A stretch of 33,820 bases of DNA from positions 1-33,820 of the forward strand of contig CAZOKS010000002.1 in NCBI GenBank assembly GCA_964580745.1, read 5' to 3'. Source of the stretch: an uncultured Methanosarcinales archaeon. GTDB lineage: Archaea > Nanobdellota > Nanobdellia > Woesearchaeales > UBA119. The notes under the pieces are model-generated. The model was given only the letters and a program-made list of their open reading frames with translations. It was not told the origin of the DNA and did no database searches. The position numbers and the translations under genes were made by a program. Below are positions 30,300 to 33,820 of the stretch, one piece after another. How positions within the stretch are numbered: position 1 is the stretch's first letter; the number at the start of each line of letters is the position of its first letter.

Positions 30300-32081
30300 A
30301 TGAACATCTTGAAGGGAAGAATGGGGTTTTTGGTATTGATGGTTCTTTCTGTTAGTTTGTTAACCCCTGGTGTTTTTGCGGCTCCAAGATTAATAGCTAA
30401 TTCCGCAGATTGGAAGGATGTTTATTCAACCATGCTTTATGGAAGACTCAAGAATTATGAAACCAGTTTCTTGACTAGCACGCCCCATGCCAGGCTAATC
30501 CTGAATACAATCCCTCATGATGTTGAAGAGATTGTAGTTCATAGTTCTATTAGAAATCCCTTTGTAAATAACTATGAAAGCATACTCCTATCTGAGGGAT
30601 TTGATAACGTTGAGCAGATTCGTTCTAATAACTTTAATCTTGAGCTTTTGGATGACTTGCCTGATATTACAAAGTTTATTATTATAGATCCATCTTACGG
30701 TTATAATGCTATCTCTGTGGCTCCCTTCGCAGTTTTAGGGCATTATTATGTCTTGTTTGTTGATGAAACCAATCTTCCAAGGGTTGATGCTGCTCTATCT
30801 GCCAGAACTGTTCATGAGATTGTTCTTTATGGGATCTTAGATAGAACTGTAAGAGACACATTTTCAAGATATAATCCTATCGTAATAAACACAGGAGACC
30901 GTTTTGATAATAATATTGAGATAACTAAGATGTATCAAGAGCTTCATAAAGATATAAGAGGAGCTCCTAGGAAACAGGTTTTGCTCACAAACGGCGAGTT
31001 TATAGAAGCCAGTTTCTTCACAGGAGCAGACCCTGTTTTGTTTATCGGCTATTCTAATGTGCCTGAGCAAGTAAGGGAATACCTTAAATCCAGTGCTTTT
31101 GAAGTAGGTACCTTGATTGGCAATGAGTTAATAGGAACAGGCACTTTTGTAAAAAGACAGACAGGTCTAAGTGTATTTGTAAAATTTGGGCAGGGTGCAA
31201 GATCCCCCTCAGGTCCTGTTGCCCGAGTAGAAGATTTAGACCGATTCCCGCTTCCAGTTTATAACCTTAACCTTGATGTGGTGTCAGCTACAATAAATAC
31301 AGCTACCCAACGATTAGAGATTACTTATCAGAATCTGGCAGAGATAGGTAGTTATTTGCAGAATATCCTGCTCAGGCTTAACATAGATGATGAGTCCTAT
31401 GTTATCCCTGATGATTCAGATCCTATCTTCATAGATGGAAATTCTTTCAAGACCTTAGTTTTTGAGTTGAAGGATGCTGAGGGTAATGATATACCTTTCC
31501 AGGGCTCTAACAACATAACCTTAGATGTTAGCGCAATCTATGGAGAATCTTCAAAATCACTTGAGCAAACATTGGATAAAACACTTGTTGTGGAAAAAGT
31601 TACTGTTATGGATGAGGCTTCTATAGAGCTTCTTGATGCTGTTTATTCCAAGAGGGATAAAGGATTCTATATCACTGTAAAGAATATTGGAACAGTTGAA
31701 GCATATGCTGCTGCTGAGATATACGACTTGTATGTGAATACTCTGTATGGTGTTTATGGCTCAGAGAGAACCATCCTCCTCAAGAAAGGAGAAACTGGAA
31801 AAATCTTTGTTCCTGTTGAACTTGTGGAAGAGGATATTGCCAACAATGAAAAAATCAATGTGAGAGTTCTATATGGGCAGAGGGAGAATGCCTTAATTAA
31901 AAGTGTGAGTGGGGTGTTTGAGTTTAAGTATTCCTCGCCAGACCTTGCGGTGTATGTTCTAATAGCACTTGTTGTGTTGCTCTTGCTCCTACTTTTCCTC
32001 AGGAAGAAATGCAAAAACTGCGGCTACAAAAACCCAATCTTGAGAAAGACCTGTAAGAAATGCAAGGAACCATTAAGATAA
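30300..32081 (+). CDS. Membrane-anchored surface protein (593 aa): three CWB2-like repeats, CARDB-like modules, TM and cytoplasmic zinc ribbon
   Basis: Signal peptide FLVLMVLSVSLLTPGVFA/A. Three ~100-aa units resemble cell-wall-binding repeat 2: FIIIDPSYGYNAISVAPFAVLGHYYVLFVDETNLPRVDAAL..EIVLYG; QVLLTNGEFIEASFFTGADPVLFIGYSNVPEQVREYL..VGTLIGNE; plus a more divergent first unit. A CARDB-like FYITVKNIGTVEAYAAAEIYDLYVN follows, then TM LAVYVLIALVVLLLLLLFL, then CKNC..(10)..CKKC at 32010-32063. Confidence 0.85.
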   Translation: MNILKGRMGFLVLMVLSVSLLTPGVFAAPRLIANSADWKDVYSTMLYGRLKNYETSFLTSTPHARLILNTIPHDVEEIVVHSSIRNPFVNNYESILLSEGFDNVEQIRSNNFNLELLDDLPDITKFIIIDPSYGYNAISVAPFAVLGHYYVLFVDETNLPRVDAALSARTVHEIVLYGILDRTVRDTFSRYNPIVINTGDRFDNNIEITKMYQELHKDIRGAPRKQVLLTNGEFIEASFFTGADPVLFIGYSNVPEQVREYLKSSAFEVGTLIGNELIGTGTFVKRQTGLSVFVKFGQGARSPSGPVARVEDLDRFPLPVYNLNLDVVSATINTATQRLEITYQNLAEIGSYLQNILLRLNIDDESYVIPDDSDPIFIDGNSFKTLVFELKDAEGNDIPFQGSNNITLDVSAIYGESSKSLEQTLDKTLVVEKVTVMDEASIELLDAVYSKRDKGFYITVKNIGTVEAYAAAEIYDLYVNTLYGVYGSERTILLKKGETGKIFVPVELVEEDIANNEKINVRVLYGQRENALIKSVSGVFEFKYSSPDLAVYVLIALVVLLLLLLFLRKKCKNCGYKNPILRKTCKKCKEPLR

Positions 32082-32188
32082 CTCTTGATTTTCTATTTAC
32101 TTTGTTGTTCTTGAATTGAGCCGAAGAAATAAGCAAAATATTTAAATTGTCTTACTCATGTTTTCTGAGTATACTCTGGTATCTGAAA

Positions 32189-32860
32189 ATGCATTTTAAG
32201 ACAGTATTGGCCTTGTTGGTTGTAATTTCAGTCATCTCAGTATTCTTTTATATGGGGTTTAAGGAACAGATTGATTCTGTTTTAACGGGGCTGAGTACTG
32301 CTCGTGTATATATATATAGGACTCTGCCTTATAATTGCTCAATCAACTTGACTCAAGGGATGAACCTTGTGAGTTTTTATTGTATAGCTGATAAATCAGC
32401 ATTGAATTCAACCCTTAAGGATATAAACAACAACACCCTTAACTATTCAGCAATATATTCTTATGGTTCTGATGAAGCATCAGACCCTTGGGGCAGTTAT
32501 AGCCCCCTGCTTCCGAATTGGACAGTTCAAACTCTCAATGAAATCGATAGAAAACACGGCTATGTTATAATAATGAACCAGAACCAGACATTCTTTAATC
32601 AAGGTTATCATTTTCGGCTGACCCAAATGAATCTCAAGAAAGGTTGGAACCTGGTTAGTTATCCCGTCGGCATTGAAAAAAATCTTTCTGATGTATTAGC
32701 TTCTATTGAAGGCAATTATACAATGGTAAAAACCTTTAGAGATGGAGAATGGATATACTATAATCCTTTAACGAATCAAGGTAATCTTTCAGTAATGAAG
32801 CCTGGAGAGGCATACTGGATAAACCTAACTCAGGCCTTAGAACTTGTTGTGAACTGGTAA
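32189..32860 (+). CDS. Membrane-anchored or secreted protein (about 223 aa) with an internal duplication
   Basis: The ORF opens at TTG 32147. I prefer ATG 32189 (MHFKTVLALLVVISVISVFFYMG), with TATA-like ATATTTAAA at about 32138-32146. Two units: L.QGMNLVSFYC...L..I....Y.AIYSY and LKKGWNLVSYPV...L..I.GNY.MVKTF...MKPGEAYWINL. Confidence 0.75.
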   Translation: MHFKTVLALLVVISVISVFFYMGFKEQIDSVLTGLSTARVYIYRTLPYNCSINLTQGMNLVSFYCIADKSALNSTLKDINNNTLNYSAIYSYGSDEASDPWGSYSPLLPNWTVQTLNEIDRKHGYVIIMNQNQTFFNQGYHFRLTQMNLKKGWNLVSYPVGIEKNLSDVLASIEGNYTMVKTFRDGEWIYYNPLTNQGNLSVMKPGEAYWINLTQALELVVNW

Positions 32861-32884
32861 ATGATAAACAAATTAGAGAATCGG

Positions 32885-33820
32885 ATGGAGAAGTTATCAT
32901 TCCTCTTACTTGTTTTTCTTCTGATTCTAACATTTTACGCCCCTCTTTATGCTTATGCCTCTCATCCTCCTTTGCCTATGGAACTCTATGGGGAGGTTTC
33001 GCTTTTCAATGAGCCGGCTCCTCCCGGCACCTTGATAATCGCTTTTGATAGTTCGGGCAATGAGTGTGGAAGATTTATTATAACTAATGGAGGTTATTAT
33101 GGTGTATTAACATGTAAGGGAGCTGTACCTTTCAATAATATATCTGGGCCTTCTTCAGGCGATGAAATCCGTTTTAAGATAGGAACTTACCCTGCTTCAG
33201 CTTCTATAAACAACAAAACTGTTGAGGTAACTTGGACTGAAGGAATATTTTGGAGAGTTGACTTGAATGCTCCTCCTGTTGTTTGCGGAGATGGTTTTTG
33301 TGATTTCAGGGTTGAAAACTGTAATAACTGTTTAGAGGATTGCGGAGAATGCCAGTCTGCTCAGGAAGAGACAGGAGAAGGAGAGAAAACATCTGCGGAG
33401 GAAGCAGGCAGAGTTGAGAGCTCTGCAGGAGCAAGAGGAGCAGGCGGTAGAGGCGAAGCCATTGCTGATGTAAAAAAAGAGGAAGAAAAAGAAGAATGCA
33501 AGGAAGATTGGGTTTGCTCAGGGTGGGGTCCTTGTCTGCCAGAAGGAATAAGAAAAAGAGAATGTGTAGACCTGAATAAATGCGGTACCAATAAGTCTAA
33601 GCCCCCTGAAACTGAAAAATGTGTTTACCAGCGCCCTATAAATGAAACTGCTAATGAAACCAAAGTAGAGCAGGAGGAACCTCGCAGGATTACAAAAAAA
33701 GCAGTTATAGATTTCTGTGAATTGCATATGGATATATTCAGCCTACCTTCAATATTCTTCTTTGTGATTCTTTTTACATTTGTGGGCTCTTTTGTTGTTT
33801 GGAATAGAAGAAAAATAAGG
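32885..33820 (+). CDS. Cysteine-rich secreted/membrane protein, 5' 312 codons (gene continues past the right edge)
   Basis: Absent from the ORF track because there is no stop in the window. My translation from ATG 32885 (in-frame ATG also at 32861): MEKLSFLLLVFLLILTFYAPLYAYA (signal), a beta-rich domain, CGDGFCDFRVENCNNCLEDCGEC, an acidic/Gly linker, ECKEDWVCSGWGPCLPEGIRKRECVDLNKCGT, then the hydrophobic IFFFVILFTFVGSFVVW followed by NRRKIR. It is open to 33820. The minus ORFs 33361-33591 and 33518-33727 are antisense shadows. Confidence 0.8.
   Translation, partial: MEKLSFLLLVFLLILTFYAPLYAYASHPPLPMELYGEVSLFNEPAPPGTLIIAFDSSGNECGRFIITNGGYYGVLTCKGAVPFNNISGPSSGDEIRFKIGTYPASASINNKTVEVTWTEGIFWRVDLNAPPVVCGDGFCDFRVENCNNCLEDCGECQSAQEETGEGEKTSAEEAGRVESSAGARGAGGRGEAIADVKKEEEKEECKEDWVCSGWGPCLPEGIRKRECVDLNKCGTNKSKPPETEKCVYQRPINETANETKVEQEEPRRITKKAVIDFCELHMDIFSLPSIFFFVILFTFVGSFVVWNRRKIR

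Noticed and set aside
33361-33727. Minus-strand ORFs 33361-33591 and 33518-33727
   Set aside because: They are antisense to the unlisted plus-strand Cys-rich ORF, which is open from 32885 to the window edge and has a signal peptide and structured motifs.
1-33820. CRISPR arrays, tRNA/rRNA genes, transposons, prophage or integrative element borders
   Set aside because: I found no regularly spaced identical direct repeats, no GC-rich cloverleaf-capable intergenic segments (all spacers are AT-rich and short), and no integrase, transposase, capsid or terminase-like translations. Composition looks uniform across the window by eye.

Overview
AT-rich, gene-dense window in which nearly every gene encodes a cell-envelope protein. 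I recognised no rRNA, tRNA, CRISPR array, integrase, transposase or capsid-like gene. Expression signals look archaeal: TATA-like boxes 25-50 nt upstream of starts, GGTG/GAGG ribosome-binding sites, 4-nt ATGA start/stop overlaps, and very high N-X-S/T sequon density in secreted proteins. I infer a small-genome, possibly DPANN-type, archaeon, but cannot verify this.

Minus strand, 20582 to 1649, is one co-directional gene train: two ribbon-helix-helix (RHH) regulators, a 1065-aa bitopic surface protein, a 1369-aa two-TM protein with a cytoplasmic HerA/FtsK-like P-loop ATPase, two cytoplasmic coiled-coil proteins, and a 3151-aa Ig-repeat/CARDB adhesin. A further RHH gene and the 5' part of a second giant-adhesin paralogue follow at 1296-1.

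Plus strand, 20833-26673: ABC ATPase, an ABC-2 permease with a large coiled-coil ectodomain, three small Sec-secreted proteins and a glycine-zipper mini-protein. Then come a minus-strand RHH plus a 1057-aa bitopic surface protein (30140-26840), followed by three plus-strand surface proteins, the last running off the right edge.

Four ORFs are missing from the supplied track: two edge-truncated genes and two RHH genes under 60 aa.

Main hunt result: one unnamed ~170-185 aa beta-rich module, ending in a [FY]-Y/T-x-E/x-I motif, occurs four times. It is the C-terminus of the giant adhesin, the ectodomain of the membrane ATPase, and the body of two small secreted proteins. A second unnamed ~60-80 aa cytoplasmic tail module (F..HV....NDF..WI) links the ATPase protein (two copies) to the 1057-aa protein. 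Together these suggest a previously undescribed ATPase-coupled surface adhesion, fibre or translocation apparatus. All homology statements are by-eye alignments; no database search was possible.
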